Below, in pieces: positions 25,556 through 37,030 of a DNA stretch of 64,000 bases (the stretch's first letter is position 1; every line of letters starts with the position of its first letter). Under the pieces are notes generated by a model, which saw only the letters and a program-made list of their open reading frames with translations, searched no databases and was not told the DNA's origin. The stretch spans positions 45,508,001-45,572,000 of the forward strand of contig NC_043010.1 in NCBI RefSeq assembly GCF_006345805.1, given 5' to 3'. This DNA is from Octopus sinensis (lineage: Eukaryota). Position numbers and translations under genes: made by a program.

Positions 25556-26572
25556 CTAGCAGTATCGCCCGGCGTTGCTCGGGTTTGTAAGGGAAATAAC
25601 TATATAAGCATTTTTAGAGAGTTATAGCCAAAAAGTAGCAAAAAAATGCATTAAAAATTGAAAAAAAATTAAGGTAAATTTTTCTTTAAATCGTTGACAC
25701 ATCGTAGATATTTTTAGAGAGTTACTTCCCTTATATAAAAGCGAAAAAAATGCATTAAAATTAAAAAATATGATGGTAATTTTTTTTTTAAATCGTAGAC
25801 TCATCGTAGACGCGCGCTAATACCCAGAAGGGCTCGTTTGTTATTCTGGGTAACTTTCTGTAAAATTATTAAAATTTTGTTCAAACATCGCTATAGAAAA
25901 TGGGTTATTATTCAATTGGGTATACAACAAAATTTTACGATAGAATTTGTTATTCTGGGTAACTTTCTGATACCCATAATAATATTTATGGCAAAATAGG
26001 CCTTAATTTCATTTAAGGTTGTGTGAAATTACAAACTATCCTTTCTTTCGGTTTGTTTACGTTTAGCGTAATGATTTCAAATAGGCTCATTCGAAAAAGT
26101 AAATAGAAATAGTCTAAGGCTTTACTCTTCTGGGAAAGTCTGTGGCTTGGTCCAGTTTCTTCAGAAAACTCACCGAAAGAAACAGTTTTTAAATTTTCAC
26201 TCCATTCAGGTGCCAATTCGTTTTCTTTATCGCTGTCGGATTCACTGTTTTCACTTTAATAGCTGCCAACTTGCAAAAACAAAGGAGGGGAAGGGTGATA
26301 GCGTCAGTGAAACAATTCGCTCCCTTTGTGTGTGTGTGCGTTTGCGTGTGGTGTAAACCAGACTAAGAAAAGCGTTTGACACACACACCAGAATGTGAGT
26401 TTTCTGTAAATTTTGCTTAATTGGAGTTTAAATTTTAAAAACTGGACCTGGCATGACGCGATGCATTGTACTCTTAAAACTGCTAGGTAAATTGTAATTG
26501 AAGAAATCCTATATTGTAGATTTGTATAACTCCCAAAGGGAGGCAGATAAAATCTGCCTTTTATAATAGAGA
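25556..26572 (-). mobile_element. Non-autonomous Helitron, family 2 (left arm of the palindrome)
   Basis: Minus strand A|TCTCTATTATAAAAGGCAG ... CCCGAGCAACGCCGGGCGATACTGCTAG|T; the 3' end abuts (TA)n at 25530-25555. Confidence 0.85.
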
Positions 26573-26576
26573 TATA

Positions 26577-27851
26577 TCTCTTATTATAAAAGGCAGATTT
26601 TATCTGCCTCCCTTTGGGAGTTATAGAAATCTACAATATAGGATTTCTTCAATTACAATTTACCTAGCAGTTTTAAGAGTACAATGCATCGCGTCATGCC
26701 AGGTCCAGTTTTTAAAATTTAAACTCCAATTAAGCAAAATTTACAGAAAACTCACATTCTGGTGTGTGTGTCAAACGCTTTTCTTAGTCTGGTTTACACC
26801 ACACGCAAACGCACACACACACAAAGGGAGCGAATTGTTTCACTGACGCTATCACCTTTCTCCTCCTTTGTCTTTGCAAGTTGGCAGCTATTAAAGTGAA
26901 AACAGTGAATCCGACAGCGATTAAGAACACGAATTAGCACCTGAATGGAGTGAAAATTTAAAAACTGTTTCTTTCGGTGATTTTTCTGAAGAAACTGCAC
27001 CAAGCCACAGACTTTCCCAGAAGAGTAAAGCCTTACACTATTTCTATTTACTTTTTCGAATGAGCCCATTTGAAATCATTACGGCAGAAACGAACTGTTA
27101 CGCTAAACGTAAACAAAACGAAAGAAACGATAGTTTGTTATTTCCCACAACCTTAAATGAAATTAAGGCCTATTTTACCATAAATATTATTATGGGTATC
27201 AGAAAGTTACCCAGAATAACAAATTCTATCGTAAAATTTTGTTGTATACCCAATTGAATATTAGCTAATAACCCATTTTCTATAGCGATGTTTGAACAAA
27301 ATTTTAATAATTTTACAGAAAGTTACCCAGAATAACAAATTCTATCGTAAAATTTTGTTGTATACCCAATTGAATATTAGCTAATAACCCATTTTCTATA
27401 GCGATGTTTGAACAAAATTTTAATAATTTTACAGAATGTTACCCAGAATAACAAATTCTATCGTAAAATTTTGTTGTATACCCAATTGAATATTAGCTAA
27501 TAACCCATTTTCTATAGCGATGTTTGAACAAAATTTTAATAATTTTACAGAAAGTTACCCAGAATAACAAACGAGCCCTTCAGGGTATTAGCGCGCGTCT
27601 ACGATGAGTCTACGATTTAAAAAAAAATTACGATCATATTTTTCCATTTTAATGCATTTTTTTCGCTTTTATATAAGGGAAGTAACTCTCTAAAAATATC
27701 TACGATGTGTCAACGATTTAAAGAAAAATTTACCTTAATTTTTTTTCAATTTTTAATGCATTTTTTTGCTATTTTTTGGCTATAACTCTCTAAAAATGCT
27801 TATATAGTTATTTCCCTTACAAACCCGAGCAACGCCGGGCGATACTGCTAG
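26577..27851 (+). mobile_element. Non-autonomous Helitron, family 2 (right arm) with a 116-bp tandem repeat x3
   Basis: A|TC start, 5' stem AGGCAGAT-TTT-ATCTGCCT, 3' hairpin and CTAG|T; repeat units start at 27201, 27317 and 27433, with a partial unit at 27549. Confidence 0.88.
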
Positions 27852-27855
27852 TATA

Positions 27856-28294
27856 TCTCTCTCTATATAAACGGCAGTTTGTCTGTCTGTGTGTCTGTGT
27901 GTCTGTCAGGTTGTACCCTCACCCTGACCACGGCTTTCAACCGATTCTGATGAAACTTGACACACACATAGCCCAATGTCATAATTCAATACTAACGCAG
28001 CGAAAATTTTGAAAAGTTCCCCCAGTTCTGAAAAAAATCGATAAATTCGACATGGGGTCGAGAATCTAAGCTTTTTATATGCAACACATTTTCTGTCTAG
28101 GGGACACAACTCGACCTTTTTATCGCCCAAAGGGACAGCTAGGAACATCGTATACACAGAAGTATTCGAGTGAAGAGAAGACATTGCAACCTACACATGC
28201 GCCTTCGTTCCCTAGAGGGAAAGGACTAGATTGGGATTAGTCGTTGCCTACTAGGGGCTCTTACATACCCGGCAACGCTGGGCTATGCTGCTAG
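27856..28294 (+). mobile_element. Non-autonomous Helitron, family 3, copy 1
   Basis: A|TCTCTCTCTATATAAACGGCAG, (TCTG)-like subterminal repeat, CCCGGC-AAC-GCTGGG hairpin, CTAG|T. Confidence 0.88.
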
Positions 28295-28744
28295 TCTAAA
28301 ATAAAATTCATATCTATGAGACTGTGGCATGATGATGTTCTTAAATTAAAGCTTATGACTATTCTATTGTGCACATTGTTACATATCACTGAATTGCCTT
28401 TTCTTTCTGGACCCAATGCAACAAACAGAATGAAAATCAGCCATAAATAAAAGAATATCAGTGAGATGTTGAAAGAAAAAAAAACTGATAAACTAAGGCA
28501 CCTAAGGGGATCAATACTTTGCATGTCAAATATCAACTGAATATTGACATGGATAGGTTTCTGGTGATTAATCACCAGATGAAAAGGGAAGCAATTCAGA
28601 TCTCAAAACTCAAAAAACAACACACACACACCATGAATTTTACGTAAACAGATGAAGATTCCGCAATTTTTACAGAACAGCCTACCTGCACAGATGATTT
28701 GTATATATGTATACATACATATATATAGATACATGCATACACAC

Positions 28745-28912
28745 TTTTACTTTTTCACTTGTTTCAGTCATCTGACTGCAGCCATGCTGGAGCACCACCT
28801 TAAAGGTTCTTAGTCACAGAAATCAACCCCAGAACTTATTTTTTGTAAGCCTAGTACTTATTCTATCAGTCTCTTTAGCTGAACCACTAAGTTACAGGAC
28901 ATAAACACACTA
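28745..28912 (-). mobile_element. Family-B SINE 3' half
   Basis: CTTTTACT...TTGTTTCAGTCAT-TGACTGCAGCCATGCTGGAGCACC matches the 61045-61423 tail. Confidence 0.75.
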
Positions 28913-29408
28913 GCACAGTTGAAGATGTCGATAGACAGTTTGTATGGTTTGAACTAAGCTTTATTGCCAATTCTTCAACTGTTAATGCAGGGTTTTCTTC
29001 AAGTAATGCCTCAAGGAGCTTATCATCAAACTCAACTGGATGATTTTCATCTTCAAGGTTGAAATCTTCACTTATGAATTTTGCAAACCATCTTCTGCAA
29101 GTTTTTATTCATTCAAGCATTCTTTCCCCTAATCTGAGTGTATGTTTCGAGTCGCTTCGGCTGCAGAGTTTCCTTTTTTGTACTCATAAAGCATTATGTG
29201 CCTCAAATTCTGTTTGGATACTTCCATGTTACAAAGGGTTTTAATCAAAGAAATTTTAATTCTATTATTCTGTAAAATAATATTTAATTAGTTTAAATGT
29301 ACACAAATGCATAAAAATAACTTTTACTGTTAGACATTCTAAAATACTATGAAATTTCATTCAATTTTAAGAAAGGTAAAATTGGACAGAACTTATGGGA
29401 TGACCTGA
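28913..29408 (-). mobile_element. Mariner (DD34D, Mos1/SETMAR-like) 5' fragment: TIR plus HTH N-terminus
   Basis: TA|TCAGGTCATCCCATAAGTTCTGTCC TIR; ATG at 29227 gives MEVSKQNLRHIMLYEYKKGNSAAEATRNI..CRRWFAKF...EEL. Confidence 0.8.
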
Positions 29409-29854
29409 TATCATATCTTCTGGTGTGTAAGACACACTTTCAAGTAAGACTCACTCCTATTTTACAAGTATATTTCGTATAAAAATATAAATCTAAAATG
29501 TTTCATCATACACCTTTTGAAAGATATTTTAAAGTGGGATTGTAGAGGAAAATGCATAATTCTGTACATGTAAATACAATATAGTGACAGTATTTAAGAA
29601 AAAATATGAAACCATTAATTTATCATATATAAACTATGTTATCGGAGTACAGTGTATCAATTTTATTATCTTTCAGATCAGCTGTACTATTGTTCATCGT
29701 TTGTCAAAAGAATTCTCCAGCACAGAATAAAACTTGTTTTTCTGGCTGTGAGGTTTTGTGTTTCCACAATTGGCAATCAGAGTGATGCACCAGCTTTATG
29801 GTTTTGTTGTCATCCACTGATTGCAAATAGCCAATACATGAATGAAAACAATAT

Positions 29855-30180
29855 TTTCATGTTACTACTTTATTTCTATCACATGCTTTCACTGAATTAC
29901 TGAGTACAGCTCTGTGTGCCCTGGGTATGTGTTGTGGTGCTCTTATTTTCACTGTATTGAAAGTGTTTTATGTAGGATGTGTGCAGTGCCTAGTAGTGCT
30001 ATTTTCTGAATGTTATATATACTTGTAAGTCTTGGTGTCTTTGTTAAGTACTTGTCTGAATGTTTTTTTTTATCATACCTAATGCACCTATTATTATAGG
30101 AATTGTTTCTGTTTTTAGGCTCCACATTCGTGGTACCTCTACTTCCAGATCTTTGTATTTTAAACATTTATGAGCTTTTG
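29855..30180 (-). mobile_element. R4/Dong-clade (RLE) LINE 3' end
   Basis: Track ORF 29949-30167 ends YNIQKIALLGTAHILHKTLSIQ*, the typical R4/Dong C-terminus. Confidence 0.75.
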
Positions 30181-30212
30181 AATTTAAGTGCATTTTCAAC
30201 AACACATTTTCC

Positions 30213-30215
<3 letters not shown>

Positions 30216-30272
<57 letters not shown>
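30216..30272. repeat. Perfect (AT)n microsatellite, about 28 units
   Basis: Directly visible. Confidence 0.95.
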
Positions 30273-30274
<2 letters not shown>

Positions 30275-30588
30275 AGCACTCCGTCGGTTGCAATGACAAG
30301 GGTCCTAGCTGATATGATCAACGGAACAGCCTGCTCGTGAAATTAACGTGCAAGTGACTGAGCAATCCACAGACACATGTACCCCTAACGTAGGTCTCAG
30401 GGAGATTCAGCATGACACAGAGTGTGTCAAGGTTGGCCCTTTGAAATACAGGTACTACTCATTTTTGCCAGCTGAGTGGACTGGAGCAACATGAAATAAA
30501 GTGTCTTGCTCAAGGACACAACGCGTCACCGAGAATCGAACTCACGACCTTACAATCATGAACTGAATGCCCTAACCACTAAGCCACG
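30273..30588 (-). mobile_element. tRNA-derived SINE sharing the family-C core, with a different 3' body
   Basis: GTGGCTTAGTGGTTAGGGC...GAGTTCGATTCTCGG head; CTTGAGCAAGACACTTTATTTCA core. Confidence 0.8.
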
Positions 30589-30614
30589 TGTGTGTGTGGT
30601 GTGTGTGTGTGTAT

Positions 30615-30645
<31 letters not shown>

Positions 30646-31614
30646 CACATATATGTTCATACATATGTACACACACATACACACGCTTGGTTACATATTT
30701 ATGTGTGTGTATGCACGTAGCAAAAGGGTGTGCCAAAGTCTGAAAAAAATTTAGAAATTTGAATTGCCTTATTTTCATCTGGTGACAAATCATCAGAAAC
30801 TGATACATGTCAAATATCAGGTCAACTATATTTATAGAATGATGCAATATTGGAGTCTCACATGCACAACTTCAAATTCCTGTTTCAATAATACAAATTC
30901 TTGTTAAAGTTGAATTGTCAAGGCATCTCTTTTCTCATACATTTCAATACCTTTTTTATCTTTCTTGCATTTTCTGATATTTGTTTAATATAATTCTTAT
31001 CAAATCCGCTTAATTTCAGATCACAAGATTTCTACAGCTCATTCTTTGTGTGTTCATTTTTATCTGATTGCATTTGTGTTCATTTTTATCTGATTGCTTG
31101 TAAAATATGCAACCTTATCAGATAAGTTTTTCTTTAAAATTTGTCAGATAGTCATTGAAAGTAGACCTTTTCTTGTAATAAATTAGTCTAACTCTCTCTT
31201 CAATTAGGGTCTTTAATTTTCATCTTGGCCAGCATGTCTTACATCTTAAGATAGAATACTTGCTACATCCCAAAGTTCTTGAATTTTATTTAACACAACT
31301 CCAATTGCGAAGATCTGATTTTCATGTTTAAGCTCATCATTAGTTAAATTTAGGAAGTATTTTCAAAGCTCGATTGTTAGATAGTGGCATTCTTGGTGGT
31401 TTACAGGCTATATATATATGTTGTAAGGCTCCCCACATTTTCATCTGCTGGAAGATGTTTTCTCAAATATAAGGTTTTCCAAATTTTAAGATAACAAATT
31501 TTAAACCCAACCCACTTTTAATTTAACTCTCATCATACACCTGAAAAATATTATAACAATAATTAATAATTACTAATAGTATGAATGAACCTATCAGAGA
31601 AGGTGCAAAATAAA

Positions 31615-32054
31615 TCTCTCTCTATATAAACGGCAGTTTGTCTGTCTGTGTGTCTGCGTGTCTGTCAGGTTGTACCCTCACCCTGACCACGGCTTTCAAC
31701 CGATTCTGATGAAACTTGACACACACATAGCCCAATGTCATAATTCAATACTAACGCAGCGAAAATTTTGAAAAGTTCCCCCAGTTCTGAAAAAAATCGA
31801 TAAATTCGACATGGGGTCGAGAATCTAAGCTTTTTATATGCAACACATTTTCTGTCTAGGGGACACAACTCGACCTTTTTATCGCCCAAAGGGACAGCTA
31901 GGAACATCGTATACACAGAAGTATTCGAGTGAAGAGAAGACATTGCAACCTACACATGCGCCTTCGTTCCCTAGAGGGAAAGGACTAGATTGGGATTAGT
32001 CGTTGCCTACTAGGGGCTCTTACATACCCGGGCAACGCTGGGCTATGCTGCTAG
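31615..32054 (+). mobile_element. Non-autonomous Helitron, family 3, copy 2
   Basis: Near-identical to 27856-28294 (by eye, one substitution and one 1-nt indel); A|TC...CTAG|T followed by (TA)n. Confidence 0.9.
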
Positions 32055-32664
32055 TATATATATATATATGAAATCTTTTAACCCATTGACATTCAATTAG
32101 AAAATTCACAATTTTTTTATCACTTACTGTCATTTTCTTTTTAGAGAGTTTGATTAAGTAATAATTTATATATGTTTGTAAAATAAAACAAGCTTTAATG
32201 AAACATCTCAAATATTTATGGGTGCTAAAAGGGTAACTACATCTCGCAAAACATGGTAGAATTTAAAGTATTAACAAGTAGAAAGTAATAAAATGCATTT
32301 TGTAATCTATATACAATATATCATAGTATATTCCATCCTCTATTATTAACTCTTACATAAGATGTACCAATTGGAAATGTGTGTATTATGATTATCCAAG
32401 TAACTAAGTCAGTCGTAACATTTTAGGATATTTTTACTAACATGTTGACATTTGAATAAAGTTGAATTAAACAGAATCACGGAAACATTTCTGGGAGGTT
32501 AGGATTAAGCTTGTTAGGCTACTGGCCTAATAGCTCAAATATACAAAAGTAATACTTAAAAGGAGAGTATTGTAGACAGTCCACTTAGAAATCAGACACA
32601 TTGAACTGGAAACATTAAACCATGGAAAAAATATGCTCACTGAAACAATAATATTTCTCATACA

Positions 32665-32890
32665 TCAAGGCAGTGAGCTAGCACAATTATTAGCATGCCA
32701 AACAAAATGCTTAGCAGCATTTCATCCATCTTTACAATCTGAGTTCAAATGCTGCTGAGGTTGACTTTGCCTTTCATCCTTATGGGGTCGATAAAATAAG
32801 TATCAGCTGAACACTGTGGTTGATGTAACTGACTTATCCTGTCCCCTGAAATTTCTGGCCTTCAGTCAAAATTTGAAATCGGTATTTCTC
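32665..32890 (+). mobile_element. Family-A SINE (CpG-decayed)
   Basis: GGCAGTGAGCTAGCA head ... CAAAATTTGAAA tail. Confidence 0.75.
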
Positions 32891-33229
32891 ATATATTACA
32901 CGAACAACTTTATTTTGTGAAACATAGCTTTAACAATTTCCCTTTCCAAATATCATTAAAGTAGTCAAATTGTTATATATTATTTATGGACCTTTGCTAT
33001 GTTGTACCCACCAGTTTTCTCATTTGTTTTTGTTGAAATAGTATTTGTAGTTTTAAATTCTTTCTATGCTTATAAATAGTACAAATGTTGCTATTTACAT
33101 TGCTCAATATTACATACAGTATCCATAAACTCCCCAGCTATTTTAATAAAACACATTAAAATTATTTAGTTAATTAGGCAGTGAAAGATTAACAACACTG
33201 GTTGAAGTTTCAAATGTAGGGTTTAACAT

Positions 33230-33500
33230 AAGTTTTACACTTTGGTCATCAGTATTGTGCACAGCTCAAATCATTCAGCAGCATTTTGAAACACACTCTG
33301 GAGTATTTGCAACATTTCATATAAGTTCACATAAATTGTCCAGAGTCATAATCATTGTTTGGAAGATTTGCTATTTGATAAAGCCCCAAGCAAATAAATC
33401 CAAAGAGGCTAGATCTAGTGATAGTGTTGGCCATGGTCTGTTACTCCTATTTCCAATCAACTGATTTGGAAACTGTTTATGCAGGCAATCCTGAACAATT
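33230..33500 (-). mobile_element. DD37D/DD41D-type Tc1/mariner transposase C-terminal remnant
   Basis: Minus strand FPNQLIGN...WPTLSLDLASLDLFAWGFIK (WP.RSPDL.PLDFF.WG motif). Confidence 0.6.
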
Positions 33501-33639
33501 GTAGCATGAAGACAAGAGGTACTATCTTGTAGAAAAGCAACTATACTAACATGCTCATTTGTAGCTTACTGTGCTTCAAAGAATTACTGCAAGATTTCAC
33601 AATAAATCAGTTCTCTAATTGTCTTGTCATTTGCCCTCA

Positions 33640-34440
33640 ACTTCTGATGGGTTCTAAAGGTGTCATTATGACATAGTGTACACCAGTTTTCTCCATTTGC
33701 TGCAGCTGTGAGCCAGAACTTGGATCTCTGCTAACATTTTGTCTGTCCATCCTTTCCTGTCTGCCTCTCCTTTTCCTTTCCACTCTTCTTTGAAGAATGG
33801 TTTTTGCTAGATCTTGTATAATCATACCACCTCAGCTTTCCTTTCTTCATTAGTGTGATGCTGGATTGTTTTGTAAGCTCAAATCATTCATGATATAGTC
33901 TAAGTACAAAAAGCCTAAGATGTTGTGATAGCATCTCACATGCATAAAGAAAAATGGATAGTTCTAGTGCAGGAGTCTCGTATACGTATTTCTCCATGTT
34001 TGCTTCAGTTTCAGTAGTTAAACATCGTCTGTGCAGTTCTTGTAAGGATTTCATGTTCTGATCCTTTTGTAATAACTTGCACCAAACTATCTGAACTGTT
34101 CCCCTGTTTTTGTTCTCATATAGAAATGTCTGTTAAAATGGCATGGTTAGCATTTGTCATCACTTTGGTTTTTTTCTCAGTGCTAATTTTCATGATTTTG
34201 GTAGAAGCTCTAGCAAAGAAAATGTTCATAAACCATGTCCATCCAGACATTGACCTTTGGTCGGTCCTTTTCCAAGTATTGGATGAAGTTCTTTGGATGT
34301 TCATCTTTTCAAGTGCAACAGTTGTGGTGATTTTCTTTTCCACACCTAGAAAACACTGCTTTATCACTGAAAACAATGTTGCCTGGTAGCTTTTCAACAT
34401 GAATGCCACATTCTCTGCAGGAAAATCTTTATGCATGTTT
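33640..34440 (-). mobile_element. Decayed RTE (BovB-like) LINE 3' part
   Basis: KISTEKKTKVMTN..TDISI, SIFLYACE, LAKTILQRRVERKRRGRQ (thumb and C-terminal motifs). Confidence 0.75.
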
Positions 34441-35974
34441 TGTAAAACTTATGAACTATAGCTACCTGTTATTCTGCATTTATTCTAAGGATTTACAAAG
34501 GATAAATATAAATTACTCTTATTTTAATGCCCTAAAATAAGAATAATAAGGAAGCTGAAGTGAAGACCAAGTATATTGTGTGTGGTTAATTGGCAAAAAT
34601 ATGACCATCCTCAAATATCATGATATAAATTACTCTGTTTTCATTAAAATAGAAACTTTATTGCTATCCTAGACATTAGGGTTTGGTAAATTGGGCTACT
34701 TGGAAACTTTATGTTATTTTTTTAATGTTTTGATATGGTAACCCTGCATTGTATAACAAGTGTAATGTCCAATAATGCATGCTCTTAGAAAGTTTTGCTG
34801 CACCCATTGAGCTGGTGACAGTTGTCTGTGGTAAAATAGATCACAGAATACTTAAGTTGGTCATTAAACATCACAGATTATATGAATTCTATCCCAACAA
34901 ATCATGGAAGGAAAAACATTAAAATGATGATGATGGCTCTTAACATAGCTAATATTCCGACTGGTTAAGTAATTTAATTTAGGAGACAAAGGGGCTAAGT
35001 GCACCTTGGATATCAATTGCGTAAACTTCTCAGAGGCTGTAAAACACTACTTAGAATGGTGTAAATATCATCAAATTAGATACTCGTCTTGCACAAATGA
35101 TTCTGCAGAACGTTTTGTGGAATTTACTTCCTTTATATTTATATTAAGTTACTGTCAATCCAATAAATAAATGATTGCAATTTCTACCAAAAGACAATTA
35201 TTGCAGGTTTCCATCTTGCTCAAATCTTTGGAACTCTATAATTATAATTTTCAGATGAGTTATTACTAGATTATGTGTTAATCAGATAGTTAATTTCATC
35301 CTACATGTTTTTAACTATGCTCTATTTCAGTTAATATATTCTCTGTCTATATGAACATTTGGGCTCATGTGTCTTTACTTGTGTGCTGGACCCATCTCTG
35401 TTGATGCATTGAAAATTTTTATGTTTAGCTTCACTGAATGAAATAAATATTCTCCTTAACAGCAATGTCATTCTCTCCCTAATCATTCAAACCAGAAACT
35501 AACACATTCTAACCAGTCCCATCATTTTTAGACAGAAGCAAAAGGATAGAATGGATGAGTCTACTAGTACACTGGGATATAGTCACCAATGCATAGTTCA
35601 AAATCTGTTCACATGAGGATAATTCTTTGAACCTCATTCATTACTGAGTCATCCTTATTGCTTGTGACTTTGAAAGAAAATGGTTAAGTGGATTTGATAT
35701 CAGTCTACCTTCTCAAATCCACTACTGGTATTTCAATGTGTATATGGGCAGTAAATGTAATTCAGTGCACCTCAGTTTATCTAGCTGCCAAGAATAGGTA
35801 TGTGATGTTCTGGAATTGTAACCTGTGATAAAATGGCATCCAAGCTAGTGGTAGATTTATCTCTCGTTTGTTTAATATTATGAAACTGGAACTAAATACC
35901 GATTTCTATGAGCATCTTAAAGTTCTCCCATGTATAAACACCTCATTTTAGTGTCCATCATCAAATGGATATAA

Positions 35975-36178
35975 TTGTTTCAAATTTTGGTACAAGGCCA
36001 GCAATTTTGAGGGGAAGGGTAAGTTGATTATATCTAGCCCAATATTTCTCTAGTACTTATTTTAAAGAATGAAAAGCAAATTGGACTGGTAGAATTTACA
36101 CACTGAACATAATGAGTAGGAAGAAATGCTGCTAGGCATTTTTCCAATGTTTTAACAATTCTGTCAGCTTGCTGCCTT
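35975..36178 (-). mobile_element. Family-A SINE
   Basis: ATAATTGTTTCAAATTTTGGTACAAGGCC tail ... TTCTGTCAGCTTGCTGCC head. Confidence 0.7.
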
Positions 36179-36180
36179 AA

Positions 36181-36370
36181 CCCTTTCGATACTAACCCAA
36201 CTGAAACCGCCTCTAGATCTGTAGTAAAAATGTCTTGTTTTCATAAAATCTTCCACCAAACCGTTATGTTCCTAACACTAGCTTAATTTAGTAATTTTAC
36301 TAAATTCTTTGTTTGATTTAAAACTAATTGAAAGAAACAGCATCTCAAAATAAATACGGTAACGAAAAGG
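36181..36370. mobile_element. piggyBac-like MITE with intact TTAA duplication
   Basis: TTAA|CCCTTTCGATAC ... GTAACGAAAAGG|TTAA. Confidence 0.75.
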
Positions 36371-36721
36371 TTAATCAAATGGATATGATTAGAAAAAAAG
36401 GAAGAAAATTCCTACACTAATGAGTATTACTAATATATAGATCATGTGAGTGAATGAATGTGTGATTGACTTCATTTACTTGGTTATGTAAATGTTTGCT
36501 ATTTTATTAAAGGGAATGACTGGTCTGCATGTCACCCTATATTAGTAATAAGCTTGAGACTTCCTGTTGGTATTTCTTGAAGTGTGCATCTCATAATCCT
36601 TTATTTGATACTTTCGTTCTGTTCCTAATTTTAGCTCTTGTGAAATGAAGATTTAAAAACTTACTGTCAGCCTCATCAGTAACTTGAATGTGATACACTA
36701 CTCCTTCTTTATTTCATAACT

Positions 36722-36908
36722 GTGATGTATGTATGTATGTATGTATGTATGTATGTGTGTATGTGTGTGTGTGTGGTGTGTGTGTGTGTGTGGTGTGTGT
36801 GTGTGTATGTATGTATGTATGTATGTGTATGTATGTATGTGTATGTATGTATGTATGTATTATGTATGTATGTATTTGTGGTGCACCTGAGCACTGTATA
36901 CAATAATT

Positions 36909-36959
<51 letters not shown>

Positions 36960-37030
36960 TTGTTTGTGTATGTGTTTGTGTGTGTATGTCTTTGTGTGTG
37001 TATGTCTTTGTGCATGCGTGTGTGTGTATA
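36722..37030. repeat. Compound microsatellite (ATGT)n/(TG)n/(ATT)n/(TA)n
   Basis: Directly visible. Confidence 0.9.

Noticed and set aside
27201-27570. CRISPR-like array
   Set aside because: Contiguous 116-bp tandem units with no unique spacers, in a eukaryotic context.
25556-27851. Palindrome as a fold-back sequencing chimera or a single large-TIR transposon
   Set aside because: The arms differ by substitutions and repeat number, and each arm has its own Helitron TC/CTAG termini.
28520-30840. Inverted similarity between ~28555-28610 and ~30750-30800 as TIRs of a 2.3-kb element
   Set aside because: The match is short and diverged with no TSD; more likely two fragments of a common MITE family.
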